Source of the DNA: Tequatrovirus BCH953P2
Strand: one strand, 5' to 3'
Length of the DNA: 64,000 nt
Sequence record: OZ035785.1
Shown: positions 12,035 through 22,880 of the stretch, in pieces
Layout of the letters: each line of letters opens with the position of its first letter
How positions within the stretch are numbered: position 1 is the stretch's first letter
The notes under the pieces: model-generated
Database searches by the model: none
Seen by the model: the letters and a program-made list of their open reading frames with translations, nothing else
Told to the model about the DNA's origin: nothing
Made by a program: the position numbers and the translations under genes

Positions 12035-13211
12035 AAAAGTATTTTTTAAAACTCATCATAACTTTATCATCAACATCATTATCAATCTGTGCAACAAGGT
12101 AAGATGACAGTTCTACTTCTTGTGGCGCGGATTGAACATTATCAGAATTAAGATATTCACGAATCCAAGGATATGGGTGTTTAACCGGAGCATCGGTAAT
12201 TGGGCATGGAAGACCACACTGTTTCATACGAGATACAGTTAAGTAATCAATAAAGCTCCACATGCTATTTGTATTTAATCCAGGAACATCGCCATCTTTA
12301 AATAAATGAACTGCCCAATCTTTTTCTTGGCGGTTAACTTCCATGAAAATATCAACTGCTTCTTGTTCACACTCTTGAGCAATTTTAACCCATTCATCAC
12401 CATCAGTACCGGATTGAAGCTGACGAATAATATATTGAGTGCCTTTAAGGTGAAGCTGCTCATCACGTGCAATGAACTTCATAATCTTGGCATTACCTTC
12501 CATGATTTCCATGTTCTTATGGAAGTTAAAGGTACATGCGAAAGATACATAAAAACGAATAGCTTCTAAGGCATTAATAACGTGCAAACAGAGGTAAAGA
12601 GATTTCATTAGCTCACGCTTCCAATATGTCTCATGCTCAATAGCATCTTCAATAACGTCTTCGTCTGCATTAATTTCTTTTTGGTATTCGATATCAGCTT
12701 TAGCGTTTTCCCAATAACGAGTTTTAATCAGAACATCATCATAATAACGTCCAATGGATTCAGCACGTTTCATAATAGCTTCATCTAATACAATTTCATC
12801 AAATACCTTCGATGGATCAGTATAAAGATTTCGCATGATATGTGTATATGAACGGCTGTGAATAGTTTCACTAAAAGTCCACGTAGCAACCCATGTATCA
12901 AGGCTTGGGTCTGAAATTAATGACATAAGTACAGCAGACGGCGCACGGCCCTGAATGCTATCCAAAAGTGATTGATACTTCAGGTTATTAGTAAAAATAT
13001 TTTGCTGATACTGAGGAAGCTTATTAAATTGCGCAGCATCCATCATTAAGTTTACTTCTTCAGGACGCCAGAAAAATGATAAGGACTTCTCTGTAAGTTC
13101 TTCAAATACTCGATGCCGTTGAATATCATAACGCGCAATACCAAGACCTGAACCAAAAAACATAGGTTCTTTTAAAACATCAACTGGATTTGTATTAAAA
13201 ACTGTGCTCAT
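12033..13211 (-). CDS. nrdB: ribonucleotide reductase beta subunit (uninterrupted)
   Basis: 392-aa continuous ORF with ferritin-like RNR small-subunit character; directly downstream of nrdA. Confidence 0.9.
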   Translation of the reverse strand: MSTVFNTNPVDVLKEPMFFGSGLGIARYDIQRHRVFEELTEKSLSFFWRPEEVNLMMDAAQFNKLPQYQQNIFTNNLKYQSLLDSIQGRAPSAVLMSLISDPSLDTWVATWTFSETIHSRSYTHIMRNLYTDPSKVFDEIVLDEAIMKRAESIGRYYDDVLIKTRYWENAKADIEYQKEINADEDVIEDAIEHETYWKRELMKSLYLCLHVINALEAIRFYVSFACTFNFHKNMEIMEGNAKIMKFIARDEQLHLKGTQYIIRQLQSGTDGDEWVKIAQECEQEAVDIFMEVNRQEKDWAVHLFKDGDVPGLNTNSMWSFIDYLTVSRMKQCGLPCPITDAPVKHPYPWIREYLNSDNVQSAPQEVELSSYLVAQIDNDVDDKVMMSFKKYF

Positions 13212-13262
13212 AAATTTTCCGCTTAGTTAATAGTTGGTGACTCGTCCATGAGTCAAATTATA

Positions 13263-15527
13263 TCATAATTTACAGGATGAACAATCTTCAGCTTTTGGAG
13301 TTTCTATTTCATAATCATCAGTACCAGAACCATCGCGGGTATTATGATAATAGAAGTTTTTAATGCCATAATACCATCCGTATAGCATGTCATCAATCAT
13401 TATTGACATTGGAACCTTTCCTTTTGGAAAAATCTGCGGGTCATAGTATGTATTCGCTGAAGCTGATTGACACACCCATTTCAGCATAATAGCTACCTGC
13501 GTAAGATAAGGTTTATTACCTTTCTTAGCTAATTTCCATGTATAATCATAAAGGTCTATGTTATGCTCAATATTGGGCACGACCTGATTAAAGGAGCCCT
13601 CTTTTGATTCTTTAACAGAGACTGGTCCACGTGGAGGCTCGATACCGTTTGTACTGTTAGAAACTTGGGAAGATGACTCACATGGCATAAGTGCTGATAA
13701 TGTGCTATTACGGATGCCAAAGAGCTTAAGGTCTTCCCGCAGCGACGACCAGTCACAAACGTATTTTGGAGCTGCGATTTGGTCAATCTTTTTATTGTAC
13801 CAGTCGATAGGTAATTCGCCTCGAGACCAACGAGTGTCTGAATAATATTCGCAAGGTCCTTTTTCTTTGGCGAGCTTAATGGATGCTTTAATGAGTCCAT
13901 ACTGTAATCTCTCAAATAGTTCATGTGTTAAATCGTTAGCATCTTCATAAGAAGCAAAGTTACTTGCCAGCCAAGCTGCATAGTTGGTAACACCTACACC
14001 GAGGTTACGACGCTTTTTAGCTTTTTCTGCTTCAGGAACTGGATATCCTTGGTAATCCAACAGATTATCAAGAGCACGAACTTGAACTTCTGCCAATTCA
14101 TTAATTTTATCTTGGTCTTGCCAGTCAAAATTATCTAATACGAATGCAGAAAGAGTACACAATCCAATTTCAGCATCAGGGCTATTCACATCATTTGTTG
14201 GAATAGCAATTTCACAACACAAGTTACTCTGACGAATAGGTGCCTTTTCACGAATAAACGGAGTATAGTTATTCGTATTATCAATGAACTGCACATAAAT
14301 CCTTGCTGTTCCTGAACGTTCAGTCATGAGCAATTCAAATAGTTCACGGGCTTTAATACGCTTTTTACGAATATTAGGGTCTTTTTCTGCGGCTTCATAC
14401 AATTCACGGAAACGGTCTTGGTCTTTAAAATAAGAATAATAAAGCTCGCCACCCATTTCATGCGGACTGAACAAAGTAATGTAATCGTTCTTTCCGAATC
14501 GTTCCATCATCAAATCATTCAGTTGAACACCATAATCCATATGACGAATGCGGTTTTCTTCTACGCCTTTGTTATTTTTCAAAACGAGAAGATTTTCAAC
14601 TTCCAAATGCCAAATAGGATAATAAGCAGTAGCAGCGCCGCCACGAATTCCACCCTGTGAGCATGATTTAACAGCAGTCTGAAAATGTTTCCAAAAAGGA
14701 ATAACACCAGTATGGCGTACTTCACCCATGCCAATCTTAGAACCTTCAGCACGAATCATACCTACGTTAATTCCAATTCCAGCGCGTTTAGAGATATATT
14801 CAACAATTGAAGCGGAAGCCTTATTGATAGACTTCAATGAATCTCCTGCCTCAATAACAACACATGAACTAAACTGTCGAGTCGGAGTACGGCAACCAGC
14901 CATAATAGGAGTTGGCAATGAAATCTGTCGAGTAGATACTGCTTCATAAAAACGAATAACATGTTTTAATCTATCAACAGGTTCATCTTGATGCAATGCC
15001 ATTCCAATAGTCATAAATGCAAACTGTGGAGTTTCATAAATTTGACCAGTGGTTTTATCTTTAACTAGATATTTTTCTTTTAATTGCATCGCCCCGGAAT
15101 AAGTAAATTCCATATCCCGCTCGTGCTTAATTTTTGATTCTAAAAATGTAATTTCTTCTGCTGAATATTTTGACAATAATTCAGGGTCGTATTTACCTTC
15201 ATTTACACAGTAAGAAATATGGTCAATAAATGAACGTGGTTCATACTGCCCATAAACATGCTTACGAAGAGCAAACATTAAACAACGTGCAGCTACATAT
15301 TGATAATCAGGCTCTTCAACCGAAATAGAATTCGCAGCAGCCTTAATGACAATAGTCTGAATATCATTAGTTGTCATTCCATCACGGAGATAAGATTTAA
15401 TATTTTCATATAATTCATAAGGATCTACTGATGTTCCTTCAGCTGCCCAAGATAAAACTTTAATAATTTTTTGTGGGTCAAAGCTCTGAGAAACACCACT
15501 ACTTTTGATAACATTAATTAATTGCAT
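13263..15527 (-). CDS. nrdA: ribonucleotide reductase alpha subunit
   Basis: 754 aa; N-terminal ATP-cone and class I RNR catalytic region. Confidence 0.95.
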   Translation of the reverse strand: MQLINVIKSSGVSQSFDPQKIIKVLSWAAEGTSVDPYELYENIKSYLRDGMTTNDIQTIVIKAAANSISVEEPDYQYVAARCLMFALRKHVYGQYEPRSFIDHISYCVNEGKYDPELLSKYSAEEITFLESKIKHERDMEFTYSGAMQLKEKYLVKDKTTGQIYETPQFAFMTIGMALHQDEPVDRLKHVIRFYEAVSTRQISLPTPIMAGCRTPTRQFSSCVVIEAGDSLKSINKASASIVEYISKRAGIGINVGMIRAEGSKIGMGEVRHTGVIPFWKHFQTAVKSCSQGGIRGGAATAYYPIWHLEVENLLVLKNNKGVEENRIRHMDYGVQLNDLMMERFGKNDYITLFSPHEMGGELYYSYFKDQDRFRELYEAAEKDPNIRKKRIKARELFELLMTERSGTARIYVQFIDNTNNYTPFIREKAPIRQSNLCCEIAIPTNDVNSPDAEIGLCTLSAFVLDNFDWQDQDKINELAEVQVRALDNLLDYQGYPVPEAEKAKKRRNLGVGVTNYAAWLASNFASYEDANDLTHELFERLQYGLIKASIKLAKEKGPCEYYSDTRWSRGELPIDWYNKKIDQIAAPKYVCDWSSLREDLKLFGIRNSTLSALMPCESSSQVSNSTNGIEPPRGPVSVKESKEGSFNQVVPNIEHNIDLYDYTWKLAKKGNKPYLTQVAIMLKWVCQSASANTYYDPQIFPKGKVPMSIMIDDMLYGWYYGIKNFYYHNTRDGSGTDDYEIETPKAEDCSSCKL

Positions 15528-15844
15528 AAGTCCTCAACTTGAAAATCGTCTTTAAACAATCGGTTAACTATATGAGCTATTATATCACCATGACACGGCT
15601 TTGGTTTACATGTGCATCCTAGCCTCATTCCACGTAAAGGTTCTAAATGTGCTTTAGTTATTTCTCCGGATTTAATTCGACGTATAAAATCTTTTTTGAA
15701 TAATTCAATGGCAGCCTCCCGGCTGCCAGCATCTTTACCGACGTAATTTCCCCAAAATGTACCGCGGTGAATATTAACATCAAAGTCGGATTTGTATTTA
15801 TTCACTACCCGGCATAGACGGCCCACGCTGGAATAATTCGTCAT
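15518..15844 (-). CDS. hypothetical protein (Cys-rich [11 protein letters not shown])
   Basis: 108-aa ORF, nrdA.1 position. Confidence 0.45.
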   Translation of the reverse strand: MTNYSSVGRLCRVVNKYKSDFDVNIHRGTFWGNYVGKDAGSREAAIELFKKDFIRRIKSGEITKAHLEPLRGMRLGCTCKPKPCHGDIIAHIVNRLFKDDFQVEDLCN

Positions 15845-16073
15845 ATTGTTTTTCCGTTAATACAGTAATATCGTAGTAACAGTCAGAAGAAGTTTTAACT
15901 GTGGAAATTTTATTGTCAAAATATTCACGAGTCATTTTATGAGTATAGTATTTTTTACCATAAATGATAATAGGCTGTTCTGGTCCTGGAACTTCTAACT
16001 CGCTTGGGTTAGGAAGTGTAAAAAGAACTACACCAGAAGTATCTTTAAATCGTAAAATCATATATCCTCGCAA
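15798..16073 (-). CDS. hypothetical protein
   Basis: 91-aa ORF. Confidence 0.4.
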   Translation of the reverse strand: MRGYMILRFKDTSGVVLFTLPNPSELEVPGPEQPIIIYGKKYYTHKMTREYFDNKISTVKTSSDCYYDITVLTEKQYDELFQRGPSMPGSE

Positions 16074-16081
16074 TAATAAAA

Positions 16082-16942
16082 TTACACCGCCATCTTTCCT
16101 TTAATAGGAGGATGTGATACATAGTTGTTAAGAACGAAATCTTTAGGCCTAAGTTTAAGAACATATTTTAATTGTTCTTTAGTAGAAAGATATCGGAATT
16201 TATAAGGTAGACCACTTATTACCAGCTCACAAAGCTCTTTAGGTTCACGACGCAAAATTTCTTTACATTGTTCTACGTGATTCATATAGATATGAGTATT
16301 ACCGCCAGAAAATATCAAATCTCCCGGAATAAGATTACACATCTTAGCTACAATATGAACTAACGCAGCGTATGATGCAATATTGAATGGCAAGCCCAAG
16401 AACACGTCAACACTTCTTTGATACCACTGTAAATCCAAATGGCCATTACGAACATTAAATTGATAAAACATATGACAAGGCGGTAATGCCATCTGCTTGA
16501 GTTCAGCTGGATTCCATGCTGAAACAATTTGACGCCTATCATTTGGCAGTTTTTTAATACGATCAATAACTTCTATAATTTGGTCTACACCGCCAAAATC
16601 ACGCCATTGTTTTCCATAAATTGGACCAAGTTCACCACTATGGTATCCTAAATCTTTTGCTTGATTTTCGTAATTTTCATCCCAGACTGTTTTGCCTTGG
16701 ATTAACGAATCATGCTGAATTAATCGTAAATCATTGACATTTGTGCTTCCTGATAAAAACCATATTAACTCAGAAATGCAAGCTTTCCAGGCGAGCTTTT
16801 TAGTTGTTACTGCAGGAAAACCTTTGGTTAAATCCCAACGCAATTTAGTACCGAACAAAGCAATTGTTCCTGTGCCTGTTCGGTCATCAGTTTCATAGCC
16901 ATTTTCAAAAATGTCTTTAATTAAATCTTGGTATTGTTTCAT
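16082..16942 (-). CDS. td: thymidylate synthase (intron-free)
   Basis: Continuous 286-aa ORF with the ThyA active-site region ALPPCH; no interruption. Confidence 0.95.
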   Translation of the reverse strand: MKQYQDLIKDIFENGYETDDRTGTGTIALFGTKLRWDLTKGFPAVTTKKLAWKACISELIWFLSGSTNVNDLRLIQHDSLIQGKTVWDENYENQAKDLGYHSGELGPIYGKQWRDFGGVDQIIEVIDRIKKLPNDRRQIVSAWNPAELKQMALPPCHMFYQFNVRNGHLDLQWYQRSVDVFLGLPFNIASYAALVHIVAKMCNLIPGDLIFSGGNTHIYMNHVEQCKEILRREPKELCELVISGLPYKFRYLSTKEQLKYVLKLRPKDFVLNNYVSHPPIKGKMAV

Positions 16943-16983
16943 TTAGTACCTTATATAAATTATAATACATTTTATGAAGCTAA

Positions 16984-17331
16984 TTAATATGGTTTAGCAT
17001 CAAATTTTCTCTCAATTTCAGGCGTGAAATATAATTCTTTACCGCGTTTGGAAAAACGACCAATAATATGATAATTATTCTCATCAAACGTGATATTACC
17101 AATATCCATAGCTTTCAACCAAATATCGATATTTCTATCCAGCTTTATGTCAAAATTCCAATACGGAGAACTATTACCGAAAATACTGCAAGCGGATTCA
17201 GTGAAACAACTGCTATAAATCTTGTCTTTAGGAACTACTAATTGATAGACGCCTTTAATAAACTGAGGACCCTGCCATTTTGGTTGTTTCGCGTCTTTTT
17301 CTAATAGAATAGGGTAATAATTAAAATTCAT
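16984..17331 (-). CDS. hypothetical protein inserted between frd and td
   Basis: 115-aa ATG-initiated ORF filling a 408-bp gap between the frd stop and td start. Confidence 0.5.
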   Translation of the reverse strand: MNFNYYPILLEKDAKQPKWQGPQFIKGVYQLVVPKDKIYSSCFTESACSIFGNSSPYWNFDIKLDRNIDIWLKAMDIGNITFDENNYHIIGRFSKRGKELYFTPEIERKFDAKPY

Positions 17332-17350
17332 ATTTCCGCCACGCGTTATT

Positions 17351-18177
<827 letters not shown>

Positions 18178-18185
18178 ATTATCTC

Positions 18186-18521
18186 CTAATATAAAGGATC
18201 GGGAACATATCCGCTGGCTTTAATCATTTTGATTAACGTTAACATTCCTTTATTAACTGCTCGTGAGATTTCATCAAAAACTTCATCACTAAAAAGTTCT
18301 AACACACCCTTCTGAACTTTTAATTTACACCCAACAATTTCGTCATCACCTATAGTAAATTCGTTTCCGCCAATTCCACCGAAAAACTTAATTACGCCAG
18401 TTAATTGTTTTCCACGAGAATATGGGTCATGTGATAAAGTAATATGAGTCACCCCAGGTACAGTTTTAAATTGGCAGCGGATGTTTACTTGGGCAATTCC
18501 AGTTACGTAAATGTCAGACAT
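18186..18521 (-). CDS. hypothetical protein
   Basis: 111-aa ORF. Confidence 0.4.
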   Translation of the reverse strand: MSDIYVTGIAQVNIRCQFKTVPGVTHITLSHDPYSRGKQLTGVIKFFGGIGGNEFTIGDDEIVGCKLKVQKGVLELFSDEVFDEISRAVNKGMLTLIKMIKASGYVPDPLY

Positions 18522-18531
18522 AATATTTTCC

Positions 18532-18774
18532 TCAAACAGACTTTTTCACAATTTTCCAATCAGCTTTAAACTGTTCAACGTCAGAATGGTAAATCCAGAA
18601 TCCTGCGCTTTCTCCATCCTCATAAAGAGGACATCCATCACATTCATCTTCCCATCCCATATCACGTAAAAGATGTTCAGCTTTTTCAACAAGTTCAGAA
18701 TCTTTACCGATGATATTAAAATACCATTTACCTCTAACTTCTGAATCTTTGATGCTCTGGCGTTGTAATCTCAT
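18532..18774 (-). CDS. hypothetical protein
   Basis: 80-aa ORF. Confidence 0.4.
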   Translation of the reverse strand: MRLQRQSIKDSEVRGKWYFNIIGKDSELVEKAEHLLRDMGWEDECDGCPLYEDGESAGFWIYHSDVEQFKADWKIVKKSV

Positions 18775-18828
18775 TTTATTCTCCTTAGTTGATAGGGTAA
18801 TAGTATCACACTACTACCCTGATGTAAA

Positions 18829-19194
18829 CTACTTTTTGAAAGTTTTTCGCAAAAGTTCAATGATTTCATCTACATTGTTTTCGTCTACAATGCAGTGAAT
18901 TTTTGTTACGCCAGAAACCAGGTCTTTGACTTCATCTTCTTCAGAAGTCGGTTCTTTATACTCACGAAAACAATGAAATTCATCTTCACAAATGTTAAAG
19001 TAAAAATGCTTTCCATTTGCGCATTCAATGTGTTTTATTGCTCTAAATCCATCAACAAAGAAAGCTTCTTTAACTTCAAACCACCCGCCATTTTCTTCAA
19101 TAATTTTAACTATTGATGAATTAGAACGTGGGCGATAATTAATAAATGTATCAATAAGTCTTGGAACAAGTTCATACTTTTTGCCAATATACAT
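18829..19194 (-). CDS. hypothetical protein
   Basis: 121-aa ORF. Confidence 0.4.
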   Translation of the reverse strand: MYIGKKYELVPRLIDTFINYRPRSNSSIVKIIEENGGWFEVKEAFFVDGFRAIKHIECANGKHFYFNICEDEFHCFREYKEPTSEEDEVKDLVSGVTKIHCIVDENNVDEIIELLRKTFKK

Positions 19195-19237
19195 TACGTT
19201 TTCCTCATTTTAACGGGCTATAATAGCCTCTTGATAA

Positions 19238-19465
19238 TTATTGTTCAATCAGTCCCATGTAAAATTCTGCGTCTTCAGAATCCATGCCATCACAATATTC
19301 ATTAGCCATAAAGCGGGTGAGGTCTTCAAGAGGACCTTCAATAACGATTTGAATACTCCAATACTTAGAATCTTGCACGCTTGTGATACTAAGTTCAGGA
19401 TAACGATTACGAATAATCTCTTCAATATATTCAAAATCAACGATGTCAATATCAACTTTAGCCAT
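19238..19465 (-). CDS. hypothetical protein
   Basis: 75-aa ORF. Confidence 0.4.
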   Translation of the reverse strand: MAKVDIDIVDFEYIEEIIRNRYPELSITSVQDSKYWSIQIVIEGPLEDLTRFMANEYCDGMDSEDAEFYMGLIEQ

Positions 19466-19568
19466 ATTATTTCCTCTTTAATTATTAGCAGTATTGCCGA
19501 TAGTTGTATAGTACCATGGAAGAACAAGGATGTAAACAGTTTTGTGAAAAAATTTTTAAAATAAAAAA

Positions 19569-19587
19569 GGGGACCTCTAGGGTCCCC
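19569..19587 (-). terminator. intrinsic terminator downstream of gene 32
   Basis: Hairpin ggggacc/ggtcccc flanked by a run of A on the plus strand (U-tract on the minus transcript). Confidence 0.6.
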
Positions 19588-19609
19588 GATTAATTAGTAA
19601 TATAATCTA

Positions 19610-20515
19610 TTAAAGGTCATTCAAAAGGTCATCCAGGTCCGTGTCATCAGCACTAGATGAACTACCAGAGCTTGAGCTCATAAAATCATCTTCAGTTTTT
19701 GTATTGAAGTCATCAACATTGAATGCATCCAAATCATCAGCAACTTTATCAGCTTTCTTAGCAGCAGTTGCAGCGGCACCGCCCATCACAGCAGTTCCCA
19801 TAACTTGACTAAACTTAGTGCTCAGTTCTTCAAACGATTTGAATTTATCTTTAGAAGTCATTTCAGAAAGGTCAACCATTTGTTCGAACAGTTCTTTCTG
19901 GAAAGATTCATCATCAATGTTTGGAATCGCAGATTGATTCAGGAATTTAGATTCATCGTAGTTACTAAATCCAGAAACTTGTTTAACTTTCAGTACAAAG
20001 TTAGCACCTTCCCACGGACAAGTTACATCAACCGGAGTTTCACCCATTTCAACATCAACTGCAATCATTGCATTGATTTTATCCCAGATTTTCTTACCGA
20101 AACGGTATTTAAATACTTTACCTTCATTTTCTGGAGCAGCTGGGTCTTTTACTACAAGAATGTTAGCCCAGTAAGAAGTTTTACGTTTAACAAGACCGTA
20201 CTCTTTATTGTCAGTGTTATACAAATCATTTTTACTAATGTATTGACATACTGGGCAAGAATCGTAATCACCGTGGGTAGATGAACACGTTTCAATATAC
20301 CATTTGCCATTTTTCTTGAAACCATGATTTACAAGAATTGCGAATGGTGCTTGTTCATCATTTTTAGACGGAAGAAAACGAATTACTGCTTGACCGTTAC
20401 CCGCATTGTCGAGTTTCAGTTTCCACTCGCCTTTATCTTCAGAAGAAAAACCTTTATTGCCATTCAGTTTAGCCATTTGTGCAGCGAGTTCAGCAGTAGA
20501 TTTACGTTTAAACAT
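19610..20515 (-). CDS. 32: single-stranded DNA-binding protein gp32
   Basis: 301 aa; acidic Ser/Asp-rich C-terminal tail; recalled T4 gp32 N-terminus [23 protein letters not shown]. Confidence 0.95.
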
Positions 20516-20598
20516 TTTTATTTCCTTTTTAATTTAATTAACAGTTGGTGCTATGACGATGTATGACCTCATAGCTAGTCAGTGAGATAATTATAATC

Positions 20599-20606
20599 TA
20601 TTTATA
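20599..20606 (-). promoter_or_regulatory. candidate late promoter (TATAAATA) upstream of gene 32
   Basis: Minus strand reads TATAAATA with a TATAAT-like hexamer and TGCTT (MotA-box-like) nearby. Confidence 0.4.
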
Positions 20607-20614
20607 ATAAGCAA

Positions 20615-21268
20615 TCAATACTTGCAAGATTTCACAGTTTCAATGAAAACACTTTTAGCTTTCTGTGAATCAATATTTAAAATTTTTCTATAAGCCTTTA
20701 ACTTTATAGAATAATTATTCCAGACTAAATTATCAGTCTGTTCATCATGTTTATCAATTATATTTAAAAACGAATCAAGCAAGATAAACGTTTCAAACGA
20801 AATTATATTAGACTGAAGCAGTTTAAAAATATAACTTGATTGAACCTTTGGATTATATTCAAAGATTTCTTTAAAAGCAGAAACTTCAACTTTTTTACTA
20901 AAATAATAAATGTTGCGAATATCTTCTTCAAACTTAAATTTAATTTGCTTTAAGCGTCCGATATATTCACGATAAAACACAAGTGCATCAGCGTCAGAGA
21001 TGTCACCAATCCAAGCATCTTGGTTAGCAACCAAATTGCTTATAAAGATTAAAGCAAGTTCCTTTAATTTATATTTTTCTGATAACTTCTGGAAAAAATA
21101 CTTATCCCTTCGCTTTTGATAAGCGGCATCAGACACCCGCATGCACCAATTATACTTAATTACATCATACTTTCCATTCATATGTTGTTTTATCATTAAG
21201 TATAATTTATAAACTGATTTACCATCAATATATCTTTCACCACCAGCAGGCATGCGGAGTTTAATCAT
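20615..21268 (-). CDS. 59: helicase loader gp59
   Basis: 217 aa, adjacent to gene 32 as in T4. Confidence 0.8.
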   Translation of the reverse strand: MIKLRMPAGGERYIDGKSVYKLYLMIKQHMNGKYDVIKYNWCMRVSDAAYQKRRDKYFFQKLSEKYKLKELALIFISNLVANQDAWIGDISDADALVFYREYIGRLKQIKFKFEEDIRNIYYFSKKVEVSAFKEIFEYNPKVQSSYIFKLLQSNIISFETFILLDSFLNIIDKHDEQTDNLVWNNYSIKLKAYRKILNIDSQKAKSVFIETVKSCKY

Positions 21269-21603
21269 AGTAGAAAATCTAATGTATTAGTTTTTTCACA
21301 ACGAACAACAGAAGGACGTAAAAGATTTTCGTCGATAGCTTCTGACTGAATTTTTTCAATTATACCCGAAGGAATAAATTTAGCAAATTGAGTTTCAGGA
21401 ATAGAGTTTTCTTCCAAGAATGCTGTCGTAGCTTCAAGATAACTCATTCCAAACTCTTCTACCATTTTTTCAATAATAAATCCATTTTCTTGACGATCAA
21501 GAAGCTTTGCTATTTCATCCTTTTCTTTCTTAATTGAAAGTTCTTTTTCTGAAAGACCGGTCTCATCGACCGGACGAATATCATTTAGAGAAAACTGTGT
21601 CAT
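21265..21603 (-). CDS. 33: late transcription co-activator gp33
   Basis: 112 aa from the ATG at 21601-21603 (MTQFSLNDIRPVDETG). Confidence 0.8.
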   Translation of the reverse strand: MTQFSLNDIRPVDETGLSEKELSIKKEKDEIAKLLDRQENGFIIEKMVEEFGMSYLEATTAFLEENSIPETQFAKFIPSGIIEKIQSEAIDENLLRPSVVRCEKTNTLDFLL

Positions 21604-21850
21604 AAAGTTCAACTACCTCTTCAGTTTCAGCTTCAAACACATCACGATTATCTTTATGATACAAAGCTAATAGACGATTAAACATCTTACCATCAACACC
21701 AAGTTCATCTTTGGCACGAATTCGAATATCTTTAATCAGTTCATTATAACCGGAAATTTTCAGTTTATGATCAGATGCTTCTTTAATAAATTTAGCCAAG
21801 TCTTCGCCATGGATAGCTTCATCAAATTCAACCATTTCTTTTTTAGCCAT
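21581..21850 (-). CDS. dsbA: dsDNA-binding protein DsbA
   Basis: 89 aa between rnh and gene 33. Confidence 0.7.
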   Translation of the reverse strand: MAKKEMVEFDEAIHGEDLAKFIKEASDHKLKISGYNELIKDIRIRAKDELGVDGKMFNRLLALYHKDNRDVFEAETEEVVELYDTVFSK

Positions 21851-21858
21851 TATTCACC

Positions 21859-22776
21859 TCAAAATTCATTAATGCTATTAGTTAATTTAGAAAGACCCGC
21901 TTTTACAAAATATGAATAAATTTTGCCACGCGGTGGTAATTTATATGAATTATAGTAATTCACAATGTTTGAAGCAATATTATCAGGAATATAATCAAAA
22001 TCAATTAGAACTAAATTTTCTTTATAACGATTATATTCAGATTCTGTGAGAAGCACCTTAGCTTGCTCACGGTCATTAGCAATAGCTTCAACGATTGAAG
22101 TTTTCATTGAAGGAGTTCGTTCACCTTCAACTTTGGTAAACCAAAAGTCAGATCGTACTTTAACTGAAGCAACGTTATCCTTTTTGTCGCCTTTAAGGAT
22201 TTTAGTCATACAGTCAATTTCAGCAGAACCGCTTTTAATTTTAACCCATTTCTTATGCATCGGTGACCATTGCTTAACATTTGGATATTTGTGAAGCTGT
22301 GTAAAGTCACCATCCGATGAAATGATTAAAATCTTATGTCCTTCTAAAGAGAACTTTTTAACAAGAACAGCAATGTGGTCATCTGCTTCATACTTATCAA
22401 TATCCATAACAATGTATGGCATATAAGCTTTCAATTCATCTATAACTTTATGGCTGGATTCAAAATAACCTTCCCAGTCCCAAGTAGATTCTTCTCGTGC
22501 TTTTCCACGGTTTTTCTTATAATAATAGGCGAAATCACGACGCCAATATCCAGATTTCGCGTTATCAATACACAGTACAATTTTAGTGTATCCAAGCGTT
22601 TTTGCTTTTTTGACATTAAACTTAATTGAGTTCAATATCAAATGACGAACCATTGATAAATTAATTTTTTCTTTATCTGGGAAGTTTACCAAAGCAGTTG
22701 AAAGCGCAATTTGACTAAAGTCAATTAAGCAGATTCCTTCTTTGTAATCTTCATCCAGCATCATTTCTAAATCCAT
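21859..22776 (-). CDS. rnh: RNase H / 5'-3' exonuclease (FEN-like)
   Basis: 305 aa from MDLEMMLDEDYKEG; the track extended the start by 5 codons. Confidence 0.85.
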   Translation of the reverse strand: MDLEMMLDEDYKEGICLIDFSQIALSTALVNFPDKEKINLSMVRHLILNSIKFNVKKAKTLGYTKIVLCIDNAKSGYWRRDFAYYYKKNRGKAREESTWDWEGYFESSHKVIDELKAYMPYIVMDIDKYEADDHIAVLVKKFSLEGHKILIISSDGDFTQLHKYPNVKQWSPMHKKWVKIKSGSAEIDCMTKILKGDKKDNVASVKVRSDFWFTKVEGERTPSMKTSIVEAIANDREQAKVLLTESEYNRYKENLVLIDFDYIPDNIASNIVNYYNSYKLPPRGKIYSYFVKAGLSKLTNSINEF

Positions 22777-22838
22777 ATGAACCTCGTTCAATTAGTGAGA
22801 TTTCTATTATATACCATCCAAATCTTAAAGTAAACAAG

Positions 22839-22846
22839 TATAAATA
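22839..22846 (+). promoter_or_regulatory. late promoter TATAAATA for gene 34
   Basis: Exact TATAAATA about 35 nt upstream of the gene 34 ATG. Confidence 0.7.
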
Positions 22847-22880
22847 CTTATTATTGAAAACACAATAGGAGCCCGGGAGA

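Noticed and set aside
13556-13924. 122-aa minus-strand ORF in another frame within nrdA
   Set aside because: Fully nested in the nrdA reading region; nrdA is a confident call.
16360-16566. 68-aa ORF inside td
   Set aside because: Alternative frame within a well-supported gene.
12033-16942. Group I introns or intron-encoded endonucleases in td and nrdB
   Set aside because: Both genes translate as uninterrupted ORFs; no room for intron ORFs.
19805-20284. 159-aa plus-strand ORF
   Set aside because: Antisense to gene 32; low-complexity Phe/Ile-rich translation typical of reverse-strand artefacts.
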